This document shows, piece after piece, positions 29,816 through 38,663 of a DNA stretch of 64,000 bases (position 1 is the first letter of the stretch; each line of letters starts with the position of its first letter). A program made the translations under genes and the position numbers. Source of the DNA: Thermoanaerobaculales bacterium (GTDB lineage Bacteria > Acidobacteriota > Thermoanaerobaculia > Thermoanaerobaculales > Sulfomarinibacteraceae); NCBI GenBank assembly GCA_036351195.1, contig JAZBOQ010000024.1, positions 26,669-90,668 on the forward strand, written 5' to 3'. Under the pieces are notes generated by a model, which did not search any database, had not been told where the DNA came from, and was given only the letters and a program-made list of their open reading frames with translations.

Positions 29816-29852
29816 ACGACGACGAGCCCGCCCGAACCGTTCACGGACGACC

Positions 29853-30037
29853 TTATTGAGATTGAATCCTCATTTTATCAGATGCTCAGACGATACCGAG
29901 TGTGACCAGCCGTCACAGAAATGTGATAAGATGTTTAAAATCAATTAATTCATTATGAATTGAATGGCCATGTGGGCGATTCGTCAGATAACCAAAGTGA
30001 CATACGCTTGACAATAGTTATTGAGAACAGCTACTTT
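29853..30037 (+). promoter_or_regulatory. AT-rich regulatory region of the decaheme/porin operon
   Basis: TGTGAC-N5-GTCACA palindrome (29901-29917), imperfect TGAGATT-G-AATCCTCA palindrome, TTGACA at 30008 with TACTTT 18 nt later. Confidence 0.55.
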
Positions 30038-30210
30038 TCTATGGTGCATATGGAGCATCGCGACCGGCATTTCCTACCCCCCGATCAGTGAGGGGCTCCC
30101 GCCGTCCCGGGTGGACGGCCATGCGCATTCCCAACCGACAAGATCATGAAAATCCGGGGCTTGAATCGACCCCGTACATCGTTTCAGAACCATTGCGAAG
30201 GAGGTATGCA

Positions 30211-31107
30211 ATGTTGAAGAGGAGCCTGATGCTGGCGAGCCTCGCGGCAGTGCTGCTGGTACTTCCCGTCTCTGCTCAAGACGAGATGACCTGCGCCGAC
30301 TGCCACGACGAGGAAGCCGCCGGCATGACCAACCAGATCCACATGCGGATCGAGCCCTTCGAGGTCTTCGGCCGGCAGGTGGGTTGCGAGGGCTGCCACG
30401 GCGACGGCACCGCCCACATGGAAGAGGGCGACGCCGCGCTGATCCGCACCTTCGAGAACTGGACCCCCGACGACGTCCAAGCCTGCGTCGACTGCCACGG
30501 CAGCAAAGGGATGGGCGAGTGGAACGCCTCGACCCACGCCATGGAGAACATCTCCTGCGGCGACTGCCACGGTATCCACGAGGCGACGAACCCGCTGAAA
30601 GCGTGCAAGGACTGCCACTCCGAGGTGGTCGCTCAGTTCCAGCTGCCCAGCCACCACCCGCTGCCCGAGCGGATGATGGACTGCGCCAGCTGCCACGATC
30701 CGCACGCGGCCACCGAGGCCATGGTCAAGAGCAACCACATGCGGGTCAACGATCTCTGCTACACCTGCCACCAGTCGCAGGAGGGACCGTTCATCTTCGA
30801 GCACGAGCCCGTGCAGGAAAGCTGCACCTTGTGCCACACGCCCCACGGCTCGGTGGCCAATAACCTGCTCACCGCCAACGAGCCCATGCTCTGCCTGCAG
30901 TGCCACGAGATCCACTTCCACGCGGGTCTCTTCAGTCCCGAAGAGCACGAGGTCGAGGTTGGCGGCTACGAGCGGGGCAACCCGTTCGGCGTCGACGGCA
31001 TGAACCGGTCGTTCACCACCAAGTGCAGCACGTGCCACTCGCAGATTCACGGCACGGACCTGCCGTCCCAGAGCCTGGCCAGCGGTGGCCACGGCATGGT
31101 TCGGTAG
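30211..31107 (+). CDS. Periplasmic decaheme c-type cytochrome (DmsE/MtrA family)
   Basis: Signal peptide; ten CxxCH (CADCH, CEGCH, CVDCH, CGDCH, CKDCH, CASCH, CYTCH, CTLCH, CLQCH, CSTCH); GPFIFEHEPV, CHTPHGS, CHSQIHGTDLPS. Confidence 0.93.
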   Translation: MLKRSLMLASLAAVLLVLPVSAQDEMTCADCHDEEAAGMTNQIHMRIEPFEVFGRQVGCEGCHGDGTAHMEEGDAALIRTFENWTPDDVQACVDCHGSKGMGEWNASTHAMENISCGDCHGIHEATNPLKACKDCHSEVVAQFQLPSHHPLPERMMDCASCHDPHAATEAMVKSNHMRVNDLCYTCHQSQEGPFIFEHEPVQESCTLCHTPHGSVANNLLTANEPMLCLQCHEIHFHAGLFSPEEHEVEVGGYERGNPFGVDGMNRSFTTKCSTCHSQIHGTDLPSQSLASGGHGMVR

Positions 31108-31120
31108 AGGGAGGTCGAGC

Positions 31121-33262
31121 ATGAAAGCACTCAGAACACTCGTGCTGGCCACGCTCCTCATCGCCTCCCCCCTCGCGGTGGCGGCCGATGACGGCGACGA
31201 CAGCACCTTTGAAGGATCCATCGAGCTCGGCGGCAGCATCACCGACGTCGACGGCTCGGCGGACATGGCCGCTGAATACAGCACCATCGAGGAGAGCGTG
31301 GTGGGCAAGGTCAAGATGCTCAGCCACCAGGACTGGGGTTCCCTCGATCTCAAATTCAAGTACCTGGCGGACGATCAGAACGCCGGCCACCTGGACTTCG
31401 ACATCAAGCGCATGGTGCGCTCGCACAACACCTATACCAAGTTTCCCCACCGGCTCGGCCACCAGCCCATGACCTTCCTGGAGTCGACCTCGCGCAACGG
31501 CAAGGTCGTCCGCCACACGGATGAAGATCCGAACCAGGAGTACGTCATGAACTACTCGGTCTTCGAGGACAGGACCGAGTTCCAGTTCCCGGGCTTCCGG
31601 CCGCTGACCCTGGCGGTGGAGTTCCGCGAGCAGAAGCGCAGCGGCCACACCCAGGCCTTCACCACCAACCACTGCGACAACTGCCACATCAAGAGCCAGT
31701 CCCACCGCCGCGACCAGACCACCAGCGACGGTACCCTCGAGGCGTCCATCGGCTGGAAGAACGGCGTCGTGCGGGCGCGCTTCACCGACCGGCAGCTGCG
31801 CGAAGGCCGCCCCTACGTCACGGGGACCTTCGATAAGAACCTGCACCCCGAGCTGCAACTCCCGGTCTTCGACAACCGGATGCAGTACGACTCCGACGTG
31901 GGTGAGGTTCCCGTGGACCTGAAGCCGGAGATCGACAAGAGCACCACCCGCCTGGACTTCCGGTGGGCGTCGAAAAACGGCTTCGCCATCACCGCCAACG
32001 GCGTCTGGGCCGAGACCGAGAACAAGTACACCGGCAACGAGGCCGAGTACTCCGGCTACGTGGTCACCGCGGCGAAGCGCTTCGGCAACCACCTGCGACT
32101 GCGCTGGCGAGGCAAGGTCTACACCACCGAAACCGACGATGTCTTCATCGACACCATCGAGCGGACGACGCCGGCCGGCGCCCATGCGGGCTTGACCTAC
32201 GAGGATGTCTACGGTGACAACTTCGACCACTGGCGCTACTCGGCGCTGAACCGCGACGGGCTGGAGTCCAAGCTCGATGCCAGCTATCGCTTTGGAAGCA
32301 AGCTCGGCACCCTGCGCGGTTTCTGGAACTTCAAGGAGATCGACCGCGACTACTTCGAAGTCGCACCCGGTGAGCGGCAGACCACGTCGAACGTCCTCGG
32401 GCTCAGCTACCGGATCCGTCCGGCCAAGGGCCTGCGGTTCGACGGCGAGCTCAAGTACGGCGACATCAACGACGCGTTCATGATCGTCGACGGCAGCTGC
32501 TCGACCCTCGTCTCCGACCGTTACCCGAACCCGTGGCAACCGGAGACGCCGCAGTATGTCGATCAGCACGAGACCCGCATCGGCGACGGGACCGCTTCTG
32601 CCTCCAGTTGGATGCAGGCGGCAGCCTCGCTCGGTTGGAGCTTCGGCCAGTCGACCCTCAGCGGCCGCGTGGTCTACTGGGACGGCGACAACACCGACGG
32701 CGACCTCACCGATTGGTCCAAGGAGCGCACCGCGGCGACGGTCACCTTCTGGTCGCCGGGAGGCGAGAACTGGTCGTGGTACGCCGCCTGGGCCTACCAG
32801 GATCTGACCATGGGATCACACGTCTGCATCCCGATCTTCGATGGTTGAGCAGGCACCGTTATGGGTGGCCAGGATGGCTACTCTGATGACCGGCTCAACT
32901 ACACCGAAGAGAGCAACAGCCTGCTCGCAGGCATCAAGATCCGACCCAGCGACAAGTGGGCTCTCGGGTTCAACGCGGGCTACACAACTTCGGAAGGCGG
33001 CCTCGACCAGTTCGACCTGCCGGCCGATGACTACGTGGCGATCACCCCGCCGATGTCCTATGACTTCTCCAAGTCCCACACCTACTCCGACCTCGACCTC
33101 TCGCGCCTGAACTTCGACGCCATGTTCAAGCTCAAGTTCACGGAGAACCTGTGGATGCGCCTCTGGTACAACATCGTCGACTTCACCGACGACGACCCGT
33201 ACCTCTACGACACCAGCGGAACGCTCCAGATCGCCACCATCACGGCGGGCCTGTCGTTCTAG
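31121..33262 (+). CDS. MtrB/PioB-like outer-membrane beta-barrel with CxxCH and in-frame TGA (putative Sec576), 713 aa
   Basis: Signal peptide; amphipathic beta-strands; CDNCH at residues 185-189. ORFs 31085-32848 and 32861-33262 are in the same frame, separated only by TGA 32846-32848. Only the joined product ends in a C-terminal Phe (AGLSF). Confidence 0.82.
32856..32893 (+). promoter_or_regulatory. Candidate bacterial SECIS element
   Basis: GGGUGGCCA-GGA-UGGCUACUC upper stem (32863-32883) on a GUUAU/AUGAC lower stem; G-first apical loop 23 nt after UGA. Confidence 0.7.
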
Positions 33263-33282
33263 CACGGTCACTCTTCAACTCC

Positions 33283-33313
33283 AACGCCCCGCCTCCCGGC
33301 GGGGCGTTTTTTT
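33283..33313 (+). terminator. Intrinsic terminator of the decaheme/porin operon
   Basis: AACGCCCCGCC-TCCC-GGCGGGGCG plus a T7 run. Confidence 0.9.
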
Positions 33314-33317
33314 GTCG

Positions 33318-33398
33318 ATGCGAGATGCGAGATGCGAGATACGAGATCAATCAGGCGTCGTAGGGTTCAATGTCATCTCGCATCTCGTATCTTGCATC
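33318..33398. repeat. Inverted heptamer arrays (ATGCGAG)n / (CATCTCG)n
   Basis: ATGCGAG x3 plus ATACGAG, then the complementary CATCTCG CATCTCG TATCTTG. Confidence 0.7.
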
Positions 33399-33423
33399 GG
33401 CCGAACGCCGCTCGGCGTTCGGT

Positions 33424-34698
33424 CTAGATGACGGTCCCGTCCGGTATGATCGCGTTCTTCGGGATGACGACAATACCGTCGTGGATGGCCCACCCTTCGC
33501 CTTCGGCGTCGGCGACGCCCTCGGTATTGACGATCCGGACGTTACGGCCGATGCGGGCGTTCTTGTCGATGATGGCGTTCTCGATGAACGAACCCTCGCC
33601 GATGCCCACCGGAGGCGAGCCGGCAGGCGCTGCCGGGTAGTAGCCATCCACACCCATGACCATGGTCCTCTTCAACGTGGCCCCGTTGATGTTGCCGCGC
33701 AGACCGATGACCGAATCCTCGACGGTGGCGTTCACCACCCGAGAGCCGTCCCCGAGCAGCACCCGTTTGAAGCAGCACCCGTCCAGCCGGGCGCCGGGAA
33801 GGTGTCGAGGACGGGTGTAGATCGGCCAGTCGCGGTCGTGAAAGCTGAACGGCGGATCGAACTTGACCAGATCCATGTGGGCGTCGAAGAAGGCCCGGAT
33901 GGTTCCGATGTCTCGCCAGTAACCCTTGAAGAAATGCGCCTGGACGCGACGCCGTCCGACCTCGGCCGGAATCACCTCACCGCCGAAGTCGACGAAGTCG
34001 TTGTCCAGGGCCTCAAGCAGCGCCTGCTTGCGGAAGAGATAGATGCCCATGGAGGCGAGATAGGGTTGATCGGCGCGAACACCCTTCTCTTCCAAGAGCT
34101 CAGGCGCGACCTCCATACCATCGCGCTCTTCCGGAGTCTTGGGCTTCTCGCGAAACTCGAGGATCTGCCCGTCGTCGTCCACCCTCGCCGCGCCGAAGGC
34201 GGTGATCTCCTCCTCCGAGCACGGCATTACCCCGATGGCGACGTCGGCATCGTGGAGCATGAGATCCGACAGCAGGTCCCGGTAGTCCATGCGGTAGAGG
34301 TGGTCGCCGGCCAGGATGAGCACGAAGTCGCCGCGGATCTGCTCGAAGACCCGCCGGTTCTGACGCACCGCGTCGGCAGTGCCCTGGAACCAGCTGGAGT
34401 CGCCTTCGGTCTGTTGGGCGGCCAAAATCTGGACGTAGCCGGTGGAAAAGGTGTCGAAACGGTAGGTCCGGCCGATGTGGCGGTGGAGCGAGACCGAGTT
34501 GAACTGGGTGAGCACGTACATCCGCTGCATGTGCGAGTTGATGGCGTTGGAGATCGGGATGTCGATCAGGCGGTACTTGGCCGCGATGGGCACCGCGGGC
34601 TTGGAGCGCATCTGAGTCAGGGGATGGAGGCGCGTCCCACGCCCTCCGCCGAGGATCAGGACCGTAACATCGTGTGCGAGATCTTCAACTCGAGGCAT
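33424..34698 (-). CDS. glgC: Glucose-1-phosphate adenylyltransferase
   Basis: LGGGRGTRLHPLT, KPAVP, WFQGTADAV, GDHLYRMDY, ASMGIY, YWRDIGT, IIDKNARIG. Confidence 0.96.
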   Translation of the reverse strand: MPRVEDLAHDVTVLILGGGRGTRLHPLTQMRSKPAVPIAAKYRLIDIPISNAINSHMQRMYVLTQFNSVSLHRHIGRTYRFDTFSTGYVQILAAQQTEGDSSWFQGTADAVRQNRRVFEQIRGDFVLILAGDHLYRMDYRDLLSDLMLHDADVAIGVMPCSEEEITAFGAARVDDDGQILEFREKPKTPEERDGMEVAPELLEEKGVRADQPYLASMGIYLFRKQALLEALDNDFVDFGGEVIPAEVGRRRVQAHFFKGYWRDIGTIRAFFDAHMDLVKFDPPFSFHDRDWPIYTRPRHLPGARLDGCCFKRVLLGDGSRVVNATVEDSVIGLRGNINGATLKRTMVMGVDGYYPAAPAGSPPVGIGEGSFIENAIIDKNARIGRNVRIVNTEGVADAEGEGWAIHDGIVVIPKNAIIPDGTVI

Positions 34699-34769
34699 GT
34701 CCACCACCCTTGAGGAAACCGTGTCCACCGCCGAGTTTAGCACCCCCGGGAACCGGCGACTTCAGTCCT

Positions 34770-36209
34770 TCACCGTCGCCAGAACTCGCGGGAAAAGAAC
34801 GCCAACAGGGTGAAGATCTCCAACCTGCCGAAGAGCATACAAACGGCCAAAGTGAGCTTCACGAAACCGGGGAAGTGGGCGAAGTTGTCATAAGCCCCCA
34901 CCTCGCCGAGCCCGGGCCCTACATTACCGACGGCAGTGAGGGCTGCGGTCAGGGAGGTCAGGAGGTCATACCCCGCGAGAGCAACGACCGCCGCCCCGAG
35001 GAGCGCGATCAGGAAGTAGGCCGTCAAGAAGGCCCAGATGCCCGACAGAATGGAGCTCGAAACCACCACCCCGCCCACCTTGACCGGCCGGATGGCGTGG
35101 GGGTGGATGAGCTGATCGAGGGTGGCCCGGAGGGAGCGAAACGCCAACAAGGTACGCAGACTCTTGATGCCGCCACCCGTGGAGCCGGACATTCCGCCGA
35201 GGGTGAGCATGACCACCACCGCCAGCATGGCGGCGCCGGACCAGAGTTCGAAGTCGGCAGTGACGAAACCGGTCGTGGTGATCAGCGAAACCGCCTGAAA
35301 GGCCGCATTGCGAACGGTGTCTCCGAACGCCGCCCCCGCCTCGTGAGTGGTGAGCACGAACCAGAACGTCCCGCCGACGATCAGGGCCAGGAAATAGCGA
35401 AGCTCCGCGTCGCGCACGACCTCTCGGCCGCGCCCGGTGATGATCTTGTAATGAAGCACGAAGTTGATCCCTGCGGCGAGCATGAAGAAAATGATGATCC
35501 ACTCGACAGCGGGCGATGCGAAACCGCCCACCGACGCGTTCCGGGTCGAGAACCCGCCGGTGGCCAGAGTCGTGAAGGCGTGACACAGGGCTTCGAACGC
35601 ATCGAGCCCGGCGACGCGGAGGGCGAACCACTCCAACGCTGTGAACGCGACGTAGATGCCCCACAGCGAACGGGCGGTGTTGACCAGCCGGGGCCGGATC
35701 TTGTCGGCCACCGGACCCGGCACCTCGGCCTTGAAGAGCTGCATTCCACCAATACCGAGCAACGGCAGGATGGCGATGGTGAAGAGGATGATTCCCATAC
35801 CTCCGAGCCACTGGCTCATGGCGCGCCACAACAGGACCGATCGGGCGAGGATGCCGGTGTCTGAGACCACCGTCGATCCGGTCGTGGTGAAGCCGGACAC
35901 CGACTCGAAGAGCGCGTCGCACGGATCGAAGCCGGGGGCAGCCAGGATGTAAGGCAGCGCACCCACCAACGAAACCACCACCCACGCCCCCCCCACCACG
36001 AGGAAACCGTCGCGGGGGCGGATGTTGCGATCCGTCGAGGAGCACGAACGGACCAGCAGGAATCCCGCCGCCACTGCGACGAGGACCGTGACCAAGAAAG
36101 GCCTCACCGGCTCCGAGTAGAGCGCCGCCGTAATCAACGGCACACAGAGAAATCCACCCTCCATGAGCAGCAGCCATCCCAGGAGCACGGCAACGAATCG
36201 CAGATTCAC
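34770..36209 (-). CDS. trkH: Trk potassium uptake membrane protein TrkH
   Basis: FESVSGFTTTGS, QWLGGMGII, ATGGFS, GSTGGGIK, GNVGPG, GRLEIF. Confidence 0.95.
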   Translation of the reverse strand: MNLRFVAVLLGWLLLMEGGFLCVPLITAALYSEPVRPFLVTVLVAVAAGFLLVRSCSSTDRNIRPRDGFLVVGGAWVVVSLVGALPYILAAPGFDPCDALFESVSGFTTTGSTVVSDTGILARSVLLWRAMSQWLGGMGIILFTIAILPLLGIGGMQLFKAEVPGPVADKIRPRLVNTARSLWGIYVAFTALEWFALRVAGLDAFEALCHAFTTLATGGFSTRNASVGGFASPAVEWIIIFFMLAAGINFVLHYKIITGRGREVVRDAELRYFLALIVGGTFWFVLTTHEAGAAFGDTVRNAAFQAVSLITTTGFVTADFELWSGAAMLAVVVMLTLGGMSGSTGGGIKSLRTLLAFRSLRATLDQLIHPHAIRPVKVGGVVVSSSILSGIWAFLTAYFLIALLGAAVVALAGYDLLTSLTAALTAVGNVGPGLGEVGAYDNFAHFPGFVKLTLAVCMLFGRLEIFTLLAFFSREFWRR

Positions 36210-36212
36210 CGG

Positions 36213-37559
36213 TTACCTCTCGAGAAGGTCGTCGATCCGGGATGCCAGCTCTCTGGTGGTCACCAGCAGCGCCCGTTCTCCCGGCTGTATCCGATCCCCA
36301 CCGCCCGGCACGACGATCTTCCCTTCACGCTGTACCGCCGCGACGAGAATGCCGCGGGGGAGCCCGGCATCGGAAAGGGGAGCCTGAGCAAGACGACTGG
36401 TGGCCGGAATCTCGGCCTCGAAAACCTCAACTGCGTCATCGAGCAGCGCCGCCACCCGGGTCACGTGGCCGGTCCGTGCGTAGTGGAGCGCGACTCCCAC
36501 CGACAACAGCCGCGGCGAGATCAGCGCGTCAATGCCGAGATCGGCGATGAGGCCGACGAGGGCCGGGTTATCGACCAGGGCAAAGGTATGGGCGGCGCCC
36601 AGCTTGCGCGCCAGAAGGCACGCGACCACGTTCTCTTCATGAGTGTCGGTGCACGCGACAAAACCGTCGACCCGATCAGCGCCTTCTTCGGTCAAGAGCT
36701 CTCGGTCGGTGGGACTGCCGTGGACCACCATGGTGTGCTCGAGCTCGGCCGCTGCGGCCTCCGCATCGCCGCGCGACAGCTCAACCAGCGTCACAGCCGT
36801 CTCTTGTTCGCCGAGGCGCCTGGCGAGCTCGACTCCGATCCTGCTGGCGCCGGCGATCATGATCCGGCGCTCTCTGCCCCGGCGGTGGCCCAACAGCGCG
36901 AGAACATTGTCGAGCTCGGAGCGATCGATGGCCAGGTAGATCAGGTCGCCGGCCACGATCTCGTCGTCGCCGTGCGGCACCCGCCACGCGCCGTCTCGCC
37001 GCAGGGCCACCACGAGCACCGGTGTCGACGGGAAGAGCAATCGCAGGTGAGAGAGCAGCAGCCCGCTGACATCGCTGGCGGGCCGAACGACGAAGCCCGC
37101 GATCAGCAGGTCGTCGGAGAAGAACGAGACCACATCCACCGCTCCGGGGACCGGCATCAATGAGAGGATCTTCTCCACCGCCGCCTGCTCGGGGTTGATG
37201 GCCAGCCGTTCGACCTCGGAGCCGGCGATCTGACGGAATCCCGTCTCGTGATCGGGGTGGCGCAGCCGGGCGATCACCCGTGGCACCTTGTAGATCTCCG
37301 AGGCCACCAAGGCGACGACCATGTTGACCTCATCGGAGTCGGTCGTGGCGAAGATCAGATCACAGCTCGAGATCCCCGCCTCCTCGAGCACCGGAACCGT
37401 GGCCCCGTTACCGCTCACCACCTGGACGTCGAGCCGGTCGTTGAGCGCTGATGCCAGTTCCTTCGAGCGCTCGACCAGGATCACGTCGTTGCCATCGGCC
37501 GCGAGACGCTCCGCCAGGGTCGAGCCCACCACTCCGCCGCCGACGACGATGGCTTTCAT
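36213..37559 (-). CDS. trkA: Trk potassium uptake regulatory protein TrkA
   Basis: Two RCK units; MKAIVVGGGVVG, TDSDEVN; upstream of trkH. Confidence 0.92.
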   Translation of the reverse strand: MKAIVVGGGVVGSTLAERLAADGNDVILVERSKELASALNDRLDVQVVSGNGATVPVLEEAGISSCDLIFATTDSDEVNMVVALVASEIYKVPRVIARLRHPDHETGFRQIAGSEVERLAINPEQAAVEKILSLMPVPGAVDVVSFFSDDLLIAGFVVRPASDVSGLLLSHLRLLFPSTPVLVVALRRDGAWRVPHGDDEIVAGDLIYLAIDRSELDNVLALLGHRRGRERRIMIAGASRIGVELARRLGEQETAVTLVELSRGDAEAAAAELEHTMVVHGSPTDRELLTEEGADRVDGFVACTDTHEENVVACLLARKLGAAHTFALVDNPALVGLIADLGIDALISPRLLSVGVALHYARTGHVTRVAALLDDAVEVFEAEIPATSRLAQAPLSDAGLPRGILVAAVQREGKIVVPGGGDRIQPGERALLVTTRELASRIDDLLER

Positions 37560-37583
37560 AGGTGGATTATACGGCGACCGGTG

Positions 37584-37991
37584 TCAGGGATGAGCGCCGT
37601 CGGCGATCCACCGCCGGTAGAGCTCCAGCTCTTCCGCGGGGAGCTCGATGCTGCCCATTACGGTTCTCGGCATCCCACGGCCGATCTCCACGTCGTGGAT
37701 GAGCTTGCTCCAGAGATACGAGGCCTCCACGTCGCCGGGGACGACCATGAGCGCATCCGGCGCCTGAGTGGAGCTTTGCCCGACCATGGCGCCGTAGCCG
37801 GTTCCCGCCTCGAGCACCAACTGCGCCTCGGGCTCCTCGGCCGTATGGCAGCTCAGACACCGGGCAACGACCAGCGGTTCCAGGTGTTCGGCGTAGGAAA
37901 CCGGCTCAGACGCCGGTACCACCGGCACGTCCACGCCGCCGCCGCAGGCGGCCGTCGAGAGCAGCGCAGTCAAAATGGCCGAACGAAACAT
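37584..37991 (-). CDS. Small monoheme cytochrome c lipoprotein
   Basis: Lipobox TAAC, CLSCH, VVPGDVEAS, MP, WIADGA (planctomycete-type cytochrome c domain). Confidence 0.78.
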   Translation of the reverse strand: MFRSAILTALLSTAACGGGVDVPVVPASEPVSYAEHLEPLVVARCLSCHTAEEPEAQLVLEAGTGYGAMVGQSSTQAPDALMVVPGDVEASYLWSKLIHDVEIGRGMPRTVMGSIELPAEELELYRRWIADGAHP

Positions 37992-38070
37992 GAAAACTCC
38001 CTGGCGCTGAAAACCCGAAGGGAGATGAAGGCTATTCCGCTGCCGCCGTCTCTGTCTGTCGCAGGTCGCT

Positions 38071-38534
38071 GCGGACATCGCATCGGGAACGGGATCGGGA
38101 ACGGGATCGGGATCGATTCGGATACGGCCGTTTCACGGCGAAGGCGTCAGATGCCGAGCTGGAGCTCGGCGGTCCCGGGCGGTCGCTGCTCGCGGACGCC
38201 GTCGCTGAATTCTGCCGCTGAGCGCTGCTTTCTGGCGCTGTCGCTGCCACGGCCACGGTTATCGGGATCGGGATCGGGATCGGGATCGGATACGGAATTA
38301 ACCGCTGCGCCGGCCTTCTGGCCTTCCGCCGCCTCGCGGCGGCGTTGCCCAGCGTCGCCCGATCAGCGTGGTCATATGAGGAACGAGGAGGAGGTGACCA
38401 CGCTGCTCGGGCGAGCGGCGGCCTTCTTCGGTGCCGGAAGGAGGAACCCGGGACGCGGAAAGCCAAGCGAACGTACCACCTTTGGCATTGTTGGCCGAAG
38501 ATCCTCCAGGGGCCCGTCGCGAAACAGAACAATG
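38071..38534. repeat. Mosaic intergenic repeat region
   Basis: CATCGCA plus GGGA(A/T)C hexamers; GCCGAGCTGGAGCTCGGC palindrome; 38302-38534 matches the reverse complement of parts of 45166-45590. Confidence 0.7.
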
Positions 38535-38663
38535 CAAAAGATGATACGTGCGCTCGCGGCCGGTGAGGCGCCGGGGCGCTCGGGTTGGGGAGGCGATCTA
38601 TCTCGTATCTCGAAAGGATGACTCGACGCGGAGTCCCGCGTACCCTGTGGTCTGGAGGATCGC

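Noticed and set aside
32846-32848. TGA read as a true stop, giving two genes or a pseudogene
   Set aside because: Same-frame continuation, the C-terminal Phe only in the joined product, a SECIS-like hairpin and a nearby Cys favour recoding. A nonsense mutation is not formally excluded.
37581-38621. ORFs with GIGNGIG, SRSRSR or GYGHG low-complexity runs (also near 13178, 19378, 45358, 50709)
   Set aside because: These are translations of intergenic hexamer tandem repeats.
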